A stretch of 64,000 nt of DNA from an uncultured delta proteobacterium (GTDB taxonomy: Bacteria > Desulfobacterota > Binatia > Binatales > Binataceae): NCBI GenBank assembly GCA_963794325.1, contig CAWCDG010000004.1, positions 1,856,001-1,920,000 on the forward strand, given 5' to 3'. How positions within the stretch are numbered: position 1 is the stretch's first letter; every line of letters begins with the position of its first letter. Shown one piece after another: positions 49,672 through 59,416 of this stretch. The notes beneath the pieces were generated by a model, which saw only the letters and a list, made by a program, of their open reading frames with translations, made no database searches and was not told the DNA's origin. A program made the position numbers and the translations under genes.

Positions 49672-49980
49672 CTTCGGAACCGAACCTCTTCTTCTTTTTC
49701 AGGAAAGTGTTTTCAGGAAAGTGCGCCATACAGCTCGCTGGCCGCGTTGAACATTAACTGCTGAAAGTTTTGTCTGTCAATCACACCCAATTCAAGTCTG
49801 CTAATAGTGTAGCGCGTGAGATGTCCCGAACAGAACCGCCGAGGATTTATCGCCTTGCGTTCGCAAACGGGTTTTGCAACTATTGGCGGGATTACTGGTC
49901 CAGCCCTGAACTGTCGGATCGATACACATGGTGCAGGGGACTGGCTCTTTTACCTGAACCACTGCTGGAGGATAGCTCGG

Positions 49981-50262
49981 ATGAAAACAATCCTGAAAGT
50001 ACTTGGTGTTGTGGCTGTGACTGCGCTGGTGACAGCGTGCGGCCCGGACATGAAGACGATCAACAACGCCACCGATCGCGCGACGGCGGATGCCCAAAAG
50101 GCGGAAGCATCGGCGAACGCCGCGGAAGCCTCGGCTAATCAGGCTGCGCAAGCCGCATCGCAGGCAGACGCGGCGGCGAGCCAGTCAGAGGACGCGGTCC
50201 GTCGTGCGAACGACGCAGTGTCGCGCCTCGAGGCGGCATTCTCGACGTCGGTTACGAAGTAA
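49981..50262 (+). CDS. Lpp/OprI-like alanine-zipper lipoprotein
   Basis: GGAGG RBS, lipobox VTAC, Ala-rich heptads, C-terminal Lys. Confidence 0.8.
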   Translation: MKTILKVLGVVAVTALVTACGPDMKTINNATDRATADAQKAEASANAAEASANQAAQAASQADAAASQSEDAVRRANDAVSRLEAAFSTSVTK

Positions 50263-50301
50263 GCGATCAGAATCGTTTACTGAGCTAGTCAGTTAGTAAA
50301 A

Positions 50302-50341
50302 GAGCGGTGGCGGAAGGAGAAGCTCCATTCGCCACCGCTTA
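50302..50341 (+). terminator. Hairpin terminator after the lipoprotein gene
   Basis: AGCGGTGGCG...CGCCACCGCT stem. Confidence 0.65.
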
Positions 50342-50413
50342 GTCTTGTCTGAAGCGATCCAAATAAGTTTTTCACGGGGCGCGTAACGTCCTGAATTCAA
50401 GGAGCATCGACCG

Positions 50414-51397
50414 ATGCGACCAATCAAATTTAATGTCGGACTTCCCAACGGCGATCCTGCCGCGACCATTGCGACTGCGCGGCGGGCCGAGGAGCTCGGG
50501 TACTATTCGGTTTCTATCGACGATCATTTTTTCATGCGCGGACTGATGGCTGATGTGCGCGCGCCGCATTGCGAATGCTTCACGATGCTTAGCGCGGTCG
50601 CGGCGGCAACCAGGAGCATCAGGATGCTGCCACTGGTCACGTCGATGTCCTATCGGAATCCGTCGTTGCTGGCGAAGACGATGGCGTCGATCGACAAGCT
50701 CAGCGGTGGGCGCTTTACCGCGGGGATCGGCGCCGGCTGGTTCAAAGAAGAATACGACGCCTACGGGTTTCCGTATCCGTCGAATGCCGAGCGAATCGAG
50801 CAGATGGGTGATGGGATCAAAGTGTTGAAGGCGATGTGGACGCAGGACGAGCCGACCTATCATGGGAAGTATTTCAAAATTGAAAAGGCCTATTGCGATC
50901 CCAAGCCGGTGCAGCGGCCTCATCTGCCGATCCTGATCGGCGGCGGCGGCAAGCGCGTCCTGGAAATCGCGGCGCAGGAAGCGGACATCCTGAATCTGAA
51001 CCCGCCGGTGACCAAGGGTTACGTCGATATCGCCGAGGCGCTGAAGTTCGATCGGGCCAAGGTGCTGAAGCGGATCGAGATGATTCGCGGCTTCGTGAAA
51101 GCGTCGGGGCGCGCCTCGGATGCGCTCGAGCTGTCGGGCGGAGGGTTCGTGCTGATCGCGAAGGATCGCACGACGGCCGATGCTATGGCGTCGGCGACGG
51201 CGCAGAGTCTTGGCGTCGAGAACAACGATAGCGTGCGTAGTTCGCTGCAGGTGCTTATAGGCACTCCCGACGACATCGAGAAGGAGTTGTCGGTAAGAAT
51301 CGAGAAGTTCGGCATGACTTACTTCTTCCTGAACTTCATGATGCCAGATTCTATCGAGATGTTTGCCAAGGAAGTAATGCCGGCGTTCGCGCGCTGA
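50414..51397 (+). CDS. LLM class flavin/F420-dependent oxidoreductase
   Basis: DDHF, YRNPSLLAK, GIGAGW...EY, PKPVQ.PH.PILIGGGG. Confidence 0.9.
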   Translation: MRPIKFNVGLPNGDPAATIATARRAEELGYYSVSIDDHFFMRGLMADVRAPHCECFTMLSAVAAATRSIRMLPLVTSMSYRNPSLLAKTMASIDKLSGGRFTAGIGAGWFKEEYDAYGFPYPSNAERIEQMGDGIKVLKAMWTQDEPTYHGKYFKIEKAYCDPKPVQRPHLPILIGGGGKRVLEIAAQEADILNLNPPVTKGYVDIAEALKFDRAKVLKRIEMIRGFVKASGRASDALELSGGGFVLIAKDRTTADAMASATAQSLGVENNDSVRSSLQVLIGTPDDIEKELSVRIEKFGMTYFFLNFMMPDSIEMFAKEVMPAFAR

Positions 51398-51402
51398 GTC
51401 CT

Positions 51403-51668
51403 ATGGGTGATCCAAGCATCATCGCAGAGCCTCATCCGCCGAAGGCGTCGATCGAAACGATCGAGCGTGGGCTGCGAAATCATAATTTGGTTGCCACCGG
51501 GATGCGATCGAGCAACTTGCGATCGAACGCGGATGCGTCGGCTCCTACCTGGACACCTTCAGTTTCCAGGGGCGCCCGCTTTACGAGAAGATTGGCTATA
51601 AGGTCTTTGGTACGTTGGAAGACCATCCGAAAGGACATAGCCACTACTTCATGAAGAAGAGTCTTTGA
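51403..51668 (+). pseudogene. GNAT acetyltransferase remnant with an internal deletion
   Basis: N-terminus IERGLRNHN in one frame; AIERGCVGSYLDTFSFQGRPLYEKIGY...HYFMKKSL* in another; central part absent. Confidence 0.75.
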
Positions 51669-52092
51669 TCTCACTTTAAGAAACCAAACGCCACTGATCG
51701 ATTGCGAAAGCCCTTCCTGGGTCAGCGGGTCTCTCGCGCTTTTCTTGCGAAGCAGACGGTATTTTCTACACACGTTCTCCTATTTTTACGCTGTAAAAGT
51801 TTCCGAGTTTCACGCGCGGAATCCGCGCTAACTCTCAAATAAGCGTTGAAAATCCAAGAAAAAGGTCGTGAGGCCTCAAAATTGCTTACCGGACGGTCGG
51901 ACTGATGACGAAATAAGCCGACGGAGAAGTTTAGCCGGAGGCCTGCTGCACACATCGGAGGGGTATGTGCTTACGTGTCGATGGCTGGATCGCTCTGCCC
52001 GAGCGTCACTGGATTCGCGTTCCCGGCATTCAAGCCTGTCACGCATCAACCTTTCGCTCGCCCACTCCGGCAGATTCGCGGGAGCGAGGGAT

Positions 52093-55000
52093 ATGCGTTC
52101 TAATTCAAATATTGGAAATGTCGTGCGTGCGACGATGCGGGTGGGAGTATTCGCGGCGGTCGCACTCGCGTTGACGTCGCTCGCGCTGGCCACGGCTGCG
52201 ATTGCCGGCGTTACTGGAGATCCCGCCGAGTTTAATCTGTGCCCAATCAACTTCACGCCGCCGAACGGCGATCCGTTTTTCTGCTCTCACAGCGAGACAA
52301 CCGGCGGGCAGCTCACTATCGGCAACTCGACCGTGACTATCTCCAATAACCCCGACACCGTGGACCTGGGCGCTTACAGCACCAGTGGTCTGGGACTTTT
52401 TGGCGTCGAAGTGATCGTTACTCCGACCAACGGTCAGGTATTCGGCGGTCCGGCGCAAGTCGTGCCGGGCGGCCTGCTCGGGCTCACTGGGACTTTGGCA
52501 CCGCTCTCCCAACCGCTCGATCCGATCAATCAGGTGACGTCCTCGATCGAGCTGGCGGGTCCGATTACACCGGCGACGGTGGTCGATCCGACCGCCACCA
52601 TGGCGTTCTTCTGCGGGGGCGGACCAGTGGGGAGCTGTTTGGACGGACCGGATCCGTTCAGTGTGGTCACGGTCCCAATCAAGGTTCATCTTCACAATGA
52701 CGCGGTGCTCGGTCCTAGCTGTTATATCGGATCGGACGCCGATCCGATTGTCCTCAACCTGGTGGAAACCCCGACGAGTTCGCCGGTGCTCGCTTCAGGC
52801 GGACCCGGGGGCAACGCGCTCATATCCACCGGCGTGGAGGTGGCTGATAACACTTTCGCGGTTCCGGGGGCGAACGGCTGTGGACTTCTCGGGGCGCTCG
52901 ACGCGGCGCTCGACCTGAAGGTTGGACTGCCTTCGCCGTCGGGCAAGAATTCGGCGCTGATCGATGAGAACGGCGAGGTCGAAGCCGCCCAATTTCTGTT
53001 GCCTCCAACCCCCACTCCAACCCCGACGCTGACCGCGACAGCAACTGCCACACCAACGGCGGTCCCGACTATAGGTGCGACGGCCACCGCCACTGCCACG
53101 GCAACTGTGACTGAGACGGTCACGGCTTCAACCGCAACTCCAACTGCGACGGCAACTCCGACGGTCACCGGCACGGCGACGCCGACCGCGACGCCGACTC
53201 CGGGAAAGTTGACCGTCAATCCACTTGCGCTGTCATTCGCGCAGCAGGAAGTGGGGACTACCTCGGCCGCCAAGAATGTAACTCTAACCAACCCGAACCG
53301 AACTTCATTGCAGATTAACACCATCACGAATACAGGAGATTTCAGCATCTCGAGCGATGGCTGCAGTGGGACCAGCCTTGCGCCCAGCGCGAATTGCGTT
53401 GTGAGCGTCGACTTCGGACCGACCCAGACCGGAACCCGCACGGGGGTCTTGACGATCACCGACACCGCGTCGAACAGTCCTCAGGCGGCAAATCTTTCGG
53501 GCACAGGCATCCTGGTGAAGCCGACTTTTTCGCCGACACACCTGAGTTTCGGCGACCGGCCGGTGGAGGTTGCCAGCGCCCCGCAGACCGTCACCTTGAC
53601 CAACCCCAACAGCATTGCGCTGAGCGTGACCAGCGCCGTGCCATCGGGTGATTATACGGTGACCAATGATACCTGCAGCGGAACGCAGGTCGCGGCGAGC
53701 GGGACCTGCACGTTCGATGTGATATTCACTCCGTCCCAGACGGGGACCAGAAGCGGAAAAATCATCATCACCGACAACGCGACCCCATCGACCCAAACCT
53801 ACATGGTGGCCGGAGCGGGCATTTTGGTGACTCCGACGGTGTCGCCGAAATCCCTGTCGTACGGCAAGGTCCAGGTGAATACCGTTTCGCCGCCGCAGAC
53901 GGTAACGCTGTCCAATTCCAACCAGGTAGAGGTGACTTTCTCTTCAATCGCGACCAGTGGTCCATATGCGATAACGGCGAACAGTTGCGACTCGTCGGTT
54001 CCCGCGAATTCGAGCTGCCAGGTCTCGGTGACTTTCAATCCGACTACTGACAGCAAAGTCAATGGAACCACCGAAACCGGCAAGCTGGTCTTCACTGATA
54101 ACGGGCAGTCGCCCACGCAGACAGTGACTCTAAGCGGAATCGCGTTTGGTAACCCGGCGACGGCAACCCCGAGCAACACGCCGACTCCGACTGCTACTGC
54201 AACCGGAGCGACACCGACCGCGACTGCAACAGCGACCGCGACGGTAGCAGCGACGGCAACTGCAACGGCCACCGCAACCCGAACGGCCACTGCAACTGCG
54301 ACGGCAACTGCGACGCGGACCGCAACAGCGACAGCTACCACGACCGCGACCGCCACGCAGACCGCAACGTCGACGGCCACAGTGACCGCGACTGCTACAC
54401 CGACGGTGACTGCGACGTCGACCACGACTGCCACCGCGACGGCAACTGCGGGTGGGTCGTCCACTCCGTCGGCAACCCCGACCAGCACGCCGGGGCCCGA
54501 GGCGGGCAGCGTCCTGATTGCGGGGGGAGATGAGGGCGGCCAGCTGGGCGGATTCATCAACCTGGCGACCGATACTGTTTCGAGCAACAACGCGCAGGTC
54601 TTCAACGCCTCGACCGACACCTTCCTGCTGGTCGGGAACATGAACAGCCCGCGCGAATCGGCGGTGGCAGTTCCGCTGCCCAACGGGCTGACCCTGATCG
54701 TTGGCGGTCAGTCGTGTTCGGCCAAGACAGTGGGCGGACAGAGCGGGTTCCAGTGCGACGCGCTGCAGACCTCGGAGCTATACAACGAGAACACCCGGGC
54801 GTTCACCTTGGCCGGCAGCGGCAGCGGCGGCTTGATGACGATCGCGCGCAGCGGCCCGAGCGCAACTCTGATTTCGGGCAGCGGCACCGCGCTGGACGGC
54901 CAGGTGCTGATAGTGGGCGGCTCGACCGGCAGTTCGTTCCTGAGCATCACGGCGCCGACCCCGGGACCGGGAGTCCCGACTGGGCAGGTGGCGTTGAGCA

Positions 55001-56238
55001 CGGCCGAGGTGTACAACCCGGCGACCGACGCGTTTACCGCGACCACCAACTCGATACCGGGATGCCCGGCGGGCACCTCCCCGCCGGCCTGCACCACCGG
55101 CCTGGCCTCGATCTGCGCCGGAGCTACCAGTAACGTCAGTACCGCCAGTGAGAGCGGGACCACCGTAACCATCACGATGAGCTCGGCCAATCCGACCGGC
55201 CTGACGGTGGGAGACGGGGTGACGATATCCAACCTGCAGTGCCCAACCTGTGCGGGGACCAACACCTACGACGGATCGTTCACCGTGTTGACGATTCCCG
55301 ACAGCACCCATTTCACTTATACCTCGCCCTTCTCAGGCTTGACCGCGGGCTCGGGTGGAACGGCGGCGTCCGACACATTCGAGTGCGGCATGGTGGACCA
55401 GGGCGCAGCGCTGATCCCCAACGACAACGGCAAGGTGCTGCTAACCGGCGGCGACATCCTGACCTTCCTTGGCCAAGCGTCGAACACCGCGTTCCTGTTC
55501 GATCCGGCAACCCAGACCTTCAGCCGGACCGGCTCGATGACCAATGCGCGCGAGTTGTTCCCGCTGATAGCGCTGGATCCGGCGGTGGTCACCGGCGCGC
55601 TGTCGGGACAAGTGGTGGCCTATGGTGGCATCCAGGCAACCTCGCACGTCTGTCTCAACAATCCGAACAAGCCGGTGTTGGTGACGACGCTTAACAGTGC
55701 CGAAGTGTACAACCCTGCGACGGGTACCTGGAGTGCGGCGGCCAACACCATGGGGGTGAAGCGTGCGGCGCTGGCAACCCTGATCGAGGCCGGCAGTCTG
55801 GCGGGCGAGGTGATTCTGCCCGGCGGCGTCGATGTTGAGGCAGGCACCGCGCCTTCTACCTGCGTGACAACCACCGGCATCAAGCAGGCGGCGGAGGCTG
55901 AGACCGATCTGTACGATCCGGCGACCGGGACCGGCGGAACGTTTGCCGCGACCGGCTCGCTCAACCAGGCGCGCGAAGGCCAGGGCCAAGGTGAGATCGG
56001 AGCGGGAACCGAGGTTACCGAGATACTGGCAGCGGGTGGCGCGTGCACGACAACGACGCCGAGTTTGCAGTCGGTGCCGATCGGCACCTCGCAGGCGGCT
56101 ACCACCTGCAGCAGCTCGAACGCGCAGAACGATTACTCGGAGCTGTACAGCCAGTCGACCGGAACCTGGACGGTTGGACCGGCGCCGGCCAGCGGCTTTA
56201 CGCCGACCAACGCGCCGGCAGCGGCGGTGCTTCCATAG
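52093..56238 (+). CDS. Large secreted multidomain surface protein (N-domain, Thr/Ala stalk, 3 choice-of-anchor-D/Ig domains, Thr/Ala stalk, kelch-like propeller)
   Basis: Signal peptide; repeated LSF...S..VTLTN...C...C.V.F.P...G domains; (TA)n tracts; VLIxGG / E.YNP repeats. Confidence 0.85.
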   Translation: MRSNSNIGNVVRATMRVGVFAAVALALTSLALATAAIAGVTGDPAEFNLCPINFTPPNGDPFFCSHSETTGGQLTIGNSTVTISNNPDTVDLGAYSTSGLGLFGVEVIVTPTNGQVFGGPAQVVPGGLLGLTGTLAPLSQPLDPINQVTSSIELAGPITPATVVDPTATMAFFCGGGPVGSCLDGPDPFSVVTVPIKVHLHNDAVLGPSCYIGSDADPIVLNLVETPTSSPVLASGGPGGNALISTGVEVADNTFAVPGANGCGLLGALDAALDLKVGLPSPSGKNSALIDENGEVEAAQFLLPPTPTPTPTLTATATATPTAVPTIGATATATATATVTETVTASTATPTATATPTVTGTATPTATPTPGKLTVNPLALSFAQQEVGTTSAAKNVTLTNPNRTSLQINTITNTGDFSISSDGCSGTSLAPSANCVVSVDFGPTQTGTRTGVLTITDTASNSPQAANLSGTGILVKPTFSPTHLSFGDRPVEVASAPQTVTLTNPNSIALSVTSAVPSGDYTVTNDTCSGTQVAASGTCTFDVIFTPSQTGTRSGKIIITDNATPSTQTYMVAGAGILVTPTVSPKSLSYGKVQVNTVSPPQTVTLSNSNQVEVTFSSIATSGPYAITANSCDSSVPANSSCQVSVTFNPTTDSKVNGTTETGKLVFTDNGQSPTQTVTLSGIAFGNPATATPSNTPTPTATATGATPTATATATATVAATATATATATRTATATATATATRTATATATTTATATQTATSTATVTATATPTVTATSTTTATATATAGGSSTPSATPTSTPGPEAGSVLIAGGDEGGQLGGFINLATDTVSSNNAQVFNASTDTFLLVGNMNSPRESAVAVPLPNGLTLIVGGQSCSAKTVGGQSGFQCDALQTSELYNENTRAFTLAGSGSGGLMTIARSGPSATLISGSGTALDGQVLIVGGSTGSSFLSITAPTPGPGVPTGQVALSTAEVYNPATDAFTATTNSIPGCPAGTSPPACTTGLASICAGATSNVSTASESGTTVTITMSSANPTGLTVGDGVTISNLQCPTCAGTNTYDGSFTVLTIPDSTHFTYTSPFSGLTAGSGGTAASDTFECGMVDQGAALIPNDNGKVLLTGGDILTFLGQASNTAFLFDPATQTFSRTGSMTNARELFPLIALDPAVVTGALSGQVVAYGGIQATSHVCLNNPNKPVLVTTLNSAEVYNPATGTWSAAANTMGVKRAALATLIEAGSLAGEVILPGGVDVEAGTAPSTCVTTTGIKQAAEAETDLYDPATGTGGTFAATGSLNQAREGQGQGEIGAGTEVTEILAAGGACTTTTPSLQSVPIGTSQAATTCSSSNAQNDYSELYSQSTGTWTVGPAPASGFTPTNAPAAAVLP

Positions 56239-56339
56239 CCCGTTCGTTCGTGGCGGGGAAAGTGGCGATGCCGTCCCTCGAAAGGGGGGCGGCATCGTTG
56301 CATCTGGACGGCGCGCGCGGCCGGCGGTAAAGCAGCAGA

Positions 56340-57519
56340 ATGAACAACACCTCTGGCGAATATTATTTCACGCGGCTCGAGACAGTGGTCTTTGGAGTCG
56401 GCAAAGTTGAAACGATCGGGCGCGAACTGTCGCGGCGCGGGGCGAAGCGCGCATTGATCGTGACAGGGAAGACGCTCGGCCGATCGAAACTGCTGGACAA
56501 GGTCAAACTGGCGGCGGGATCCGCGCTGGCGGGAGTGTTCGCGGGCGCCGCACAGCATGTGCCGTCGCAAACAGTGACCGAACTGGTCGCCGAGGCGCGA
56601 AGGGTCGGCGCGGATGCGATGATCAGTTTCGGCGGCGGCAGTCCGATCGACACGGTGAAAAACGCGGCGTGGCAGTTGATGGGCGGCCGTGCGGGCTCGC
56701 GCACGATCGATCTCGGCCCATCCACCGCAGGGGCTGCAAGCGGCAGTGAGATTCTGCATATCGCGATACCGACGACACTGTCGGCGGGCGAATTCACGCC
56801 GGCGGGCGGCGTCACCGACGAGTCGAGCAGAGTGAAAGGAGGAGTTGCCGACCCGCGGCTGCAGGCTCAGATCGGTGATTCTCGATCCGGCGCTGACGGT
56901 TGAGACACCGGCGTGGCTGTGGGCGTCGACCGGGATGCGCGCGCTCGATCACGCGGTCGAGGGTTCCTATTCGACGCGGCATCAGGTGGTTACCGACACG
57001 CTGGCGGCGAAGGCGATAAAGCTGCTGAATGCGCATCTGCTGCCTTCGCTGCAAACGCATGGCGACGACGAGCTCGAGCATCGCGTGCAATGCCAGCTTG
57101 CGGCGTGGCTCTCGATTTTCGGCATGTCGAATACGCGCGGCGGAATCTCGCACGCGCTGGGCCATCAGATTGGACCGATGTGGAACGTCCCGCACGGCGT
57201 CACGTCATGCATCACGCTGCCGCATGTGATGCGCTTCATGGCCGGCGTCGCGGCGGATCGCTTCGCACCGATCGCGGAGGGATTCGACGTGCGTTTCGAT
57301 GCAAGGAATCCACACTCGTCGGCGATGGAATGCGCGGAGCGCGCGGCTAAATTTATCGGCAAGTTCGAAGTGCCGACGCGGCTGCGTGATGTAGGAGTGC
57401 CGCGCGAGGAAATATCGCGCATCGCGGGGACAGTGCTCGAAGAAGTGAAGCGGTCGAATACGGTGGGCGTCGAGGTGACGCAGGAGGAGTTGGTGAAGAT
57501 CCTGGAGGGCGCGTATTGA
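56340..57519 (+). pseudogene. Iron-containing alcohol dehydrogenase / maleylacetate reductase-like, +1 frameshift near 56864
   Basis: GGGSPIDTVK, IPTTLSAGE in frame 1; ILDPALT, ALDHAVE, HALGH, VPHG in frame 2. Confidence 0.85.
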
Positions 57520-57594
57520 GTGGGATGCGGTATTGCGCAGCACACCCAGAATCTTAAGCAAATTCGGTCCCTCACCCGCCGCGCGCGGACGCGC

Positions 57595-58950
57595 TGAGCG
57601 ACCGGGATGATCGGTAACACTTTAGACCGGCATGATAGGTAACACTATTTCTGAGTTTGACGGGGAGGAGCGCGAGGGGGCTGCCCCCCTCGCCCGACTG
57701 TGGAACTGCTGGCAGGCTGCAGGCGGCGCAGTTTTAAGCTGACGCCGTCGATGAGCCCGAGTATCAGCGGTCCGTAGTAGGCCACCGCATCTCCCTCATC
57801 GGTTTCAACTATTCCTACTACCTCATTGCTCAAAGTCTCGCTCAGGAAGACCGATTCCCCCTGCCATTTGATATCGCCGGTGTGGCGCACGCGCCGCGGC
57901 TGGTAGTCGGCCGGATAGGCGGGATCCTCGAGCCTGGACGGATAGCTGCGCGGCGACGGTGTATAGTGCGTCGCCGGCGCGGTCTGACCCAGCGCCTCGT
58001 GTGGCCGCTGCTGATTGAACTCTTCGCGGAACTGATCGAAGCGATTCTGCTGCGAGCCACGGTCGGCTTGCGGCGGACTGGCGCATTCGGCCTTGAGCGT
58101 CTTGTGCATCCGTTCGTGCCGCCCGTTCTGCTCTGGCCTGCCCGGTTCGATCCGCTCCGGCATGATGCCGAGCTTTAGCCACCACACCGACAGCCGACTG
58201 AGTCCGGTCACCCCGCTCGAGGCGAACGGTGGACCGTTATCCGAGCGGATCGCGCGTGGCAGGCCGTACTCCCGAAACACCCGCTCCAGCTCGCTGCGGC
58301 AGTCGTCGTAGCCAGCTTTATTGACCGCCTTGACGCATAACAGGTAGCGGCTGTAGGCGTCGGTCAGAGTGAAGGGATCGCAGCGCATGCCGTCCTGGGT
58401 ATGGAACGGGCCCTTGAAATCGGTACACCAGATGTCGTTGGGCGCCAATGCCGTGCGCAAGGGGATCGGCGACGGTCGCGCGCTGCGCCGCCGCTTGCGC
58501 GGCTGGCTGAGTTGTTCGCGGCGCAGCAACTCTCCGATGGTGCTCGGCGCCGGCCAGCTCTGGTTGGGCGCGCTTTGGCTGAGTCTGGCGCGCAGCTTCT
58601 TCGGTCCCCAACTCGGATGCGCCCGGCGCACTGCGATGATCGCCTCGGCCTGGGCGTCGCATATCGCCCATGGCACCAGCGCCGGCGCGTGCGATCGTTC
58701 CTTCAGTCCCTCAGGGCCGAACTGCCGGTAACGCGCCCACCACTTGTACGCGGTCTTGCGGCTGATGCCGAAGTCCTCGCACAGCTCCGTCACGCTCTCC
58801 TCTTCGGCCGACAGCGCCACCATCAACCGCATCTTCTCGTCCATCGAACAGACCTCCCGCCACGGCATCGCTTCGCTCCTCCTGCCGTAGCATTCAATCT
58901 GTTACCCATCCTGCCGGTCTATTCTGTTACCGATCCTCCCGGTCTGTACC
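57595..58950 (-). mobile_element. IS481-family insertion sequence
   Basis: ~50-bp imperfect IRs, each with two GACCGG.A.GAT.GGTAACA subrepeats (57595-57644, 58900-58950); apparent 3-bp CGC duplication. Confidence 0.85.
57645..58868 (-). CDS. IS481-family DDE transposase
   Basis: HTH FGISRKTAYKW, WGPKKL, WCTDFKG, IRSDNG, QNGRHER. Confidence 0.92.
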   Translation of the reverse strand: MPWREVCSMDEKMRLMVALSAEEESVTELCEDFGISRKTAYKWWARYRQFGPEGLKERSHAPALVPWAICDAQAEAIIAVRRAHPSWGPKKLRARLSQSAPNQSWPAPSTIGELLRREQLSQPRKRRRSARPSPIPLRTALAPNDIWCTDFKGPFHTQDGMRCDPFTLTDAYSRYLLCVKAVNKAGYDDCRSELERVFREYGLPRAIRSDNGPPFASSGVTGLSRLSVWWLKLGIMPERIEPGRPEQNGRHERMHKTLKAECASPPQADRGSQQNRFDQFREEFNQQRPHEALGQTAPATHYTPSPRSYPSRLEDPAYPADYQPRRVRHTGDIKWQGESVFLSETLSNEVVGIVETDEGDAVAYYGPLILGLIDGVSLKLRRLQPASSSTVGRGGQPPRAPPRQTQK

Positions 58951-58989
58951 CGCGTCGACCTCTCCCCGCGTGGGGAGAGGGGATTCGCG

Positions 58990-59367
58990 CTAGGGGAGGG
59001 TGGGGCCGATGTCGTGGGAGTAGGGGGTTTGATCGGTGACGCCCCATTGCGAGCCGGGGAGGTTTGGGAGGGGGGTGTCGCTCGGCGCGTCGGGGCCGTC
59101 AACCGTAACTGCGCCGCCGCCTGGAATTGGAATCGTCACCGTGTCCGGATTGGGCGCATCGTCGGCCGGGGGCATCGTGAGATCGGTCGGCGACGGATAG
59201 CTGGCGGCATTGTCGCCGTAAGAGGCGTCGGGAAGCGGGACCGCGCCTTCTTGCGCGCGCGCGATTCCGGCGGCGAATAACAGTATCGCGGCAATTGCGA
59301 ATAAAAGTCTCGCGTGTCGTAATGACAGCGCGATCGATCTTTGCGCACGTTGAGCGAGAGGTCGCAT
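58990..59367 (-). CDS. Secreted Pro/Asp-rich hypothetical protein
   Basis: Signal peptide ending ARA; low-complexity mature part. Confidence 0.6.
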   Translation of the reverse strand: MRPLAQRAQRSIALSLRHARLLFAIAAILLFAAGIARAQEGAVPLPDASYGDNAASYPSPTDLTMPPADDAPNPDTVTIPIPGGGAVTVDGPDAPSDTPLPNLPGSQWGVTDQTPYSHDIGPTLP

Positions 59368-59416
59368 TCATTGGATCGTATCAATTGGGAGCCTTTTGGA
59401 AAACCGGGAGGAACGG

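Noticed and set aside
51795-51850. c-di-AMP (ydaO) riboswitch-like words GAATCCG..GCTAAC..TAAGCGTT
   Set aside because: The 5' conserved GGGGA and GGTGAAT elements are absent; only a partial resemblance
51902-51913. Hammerhead core CTGATGA-C-GAAA
   Set aside because: No stem II, and no suitable stems I/III with a cleavage triplet
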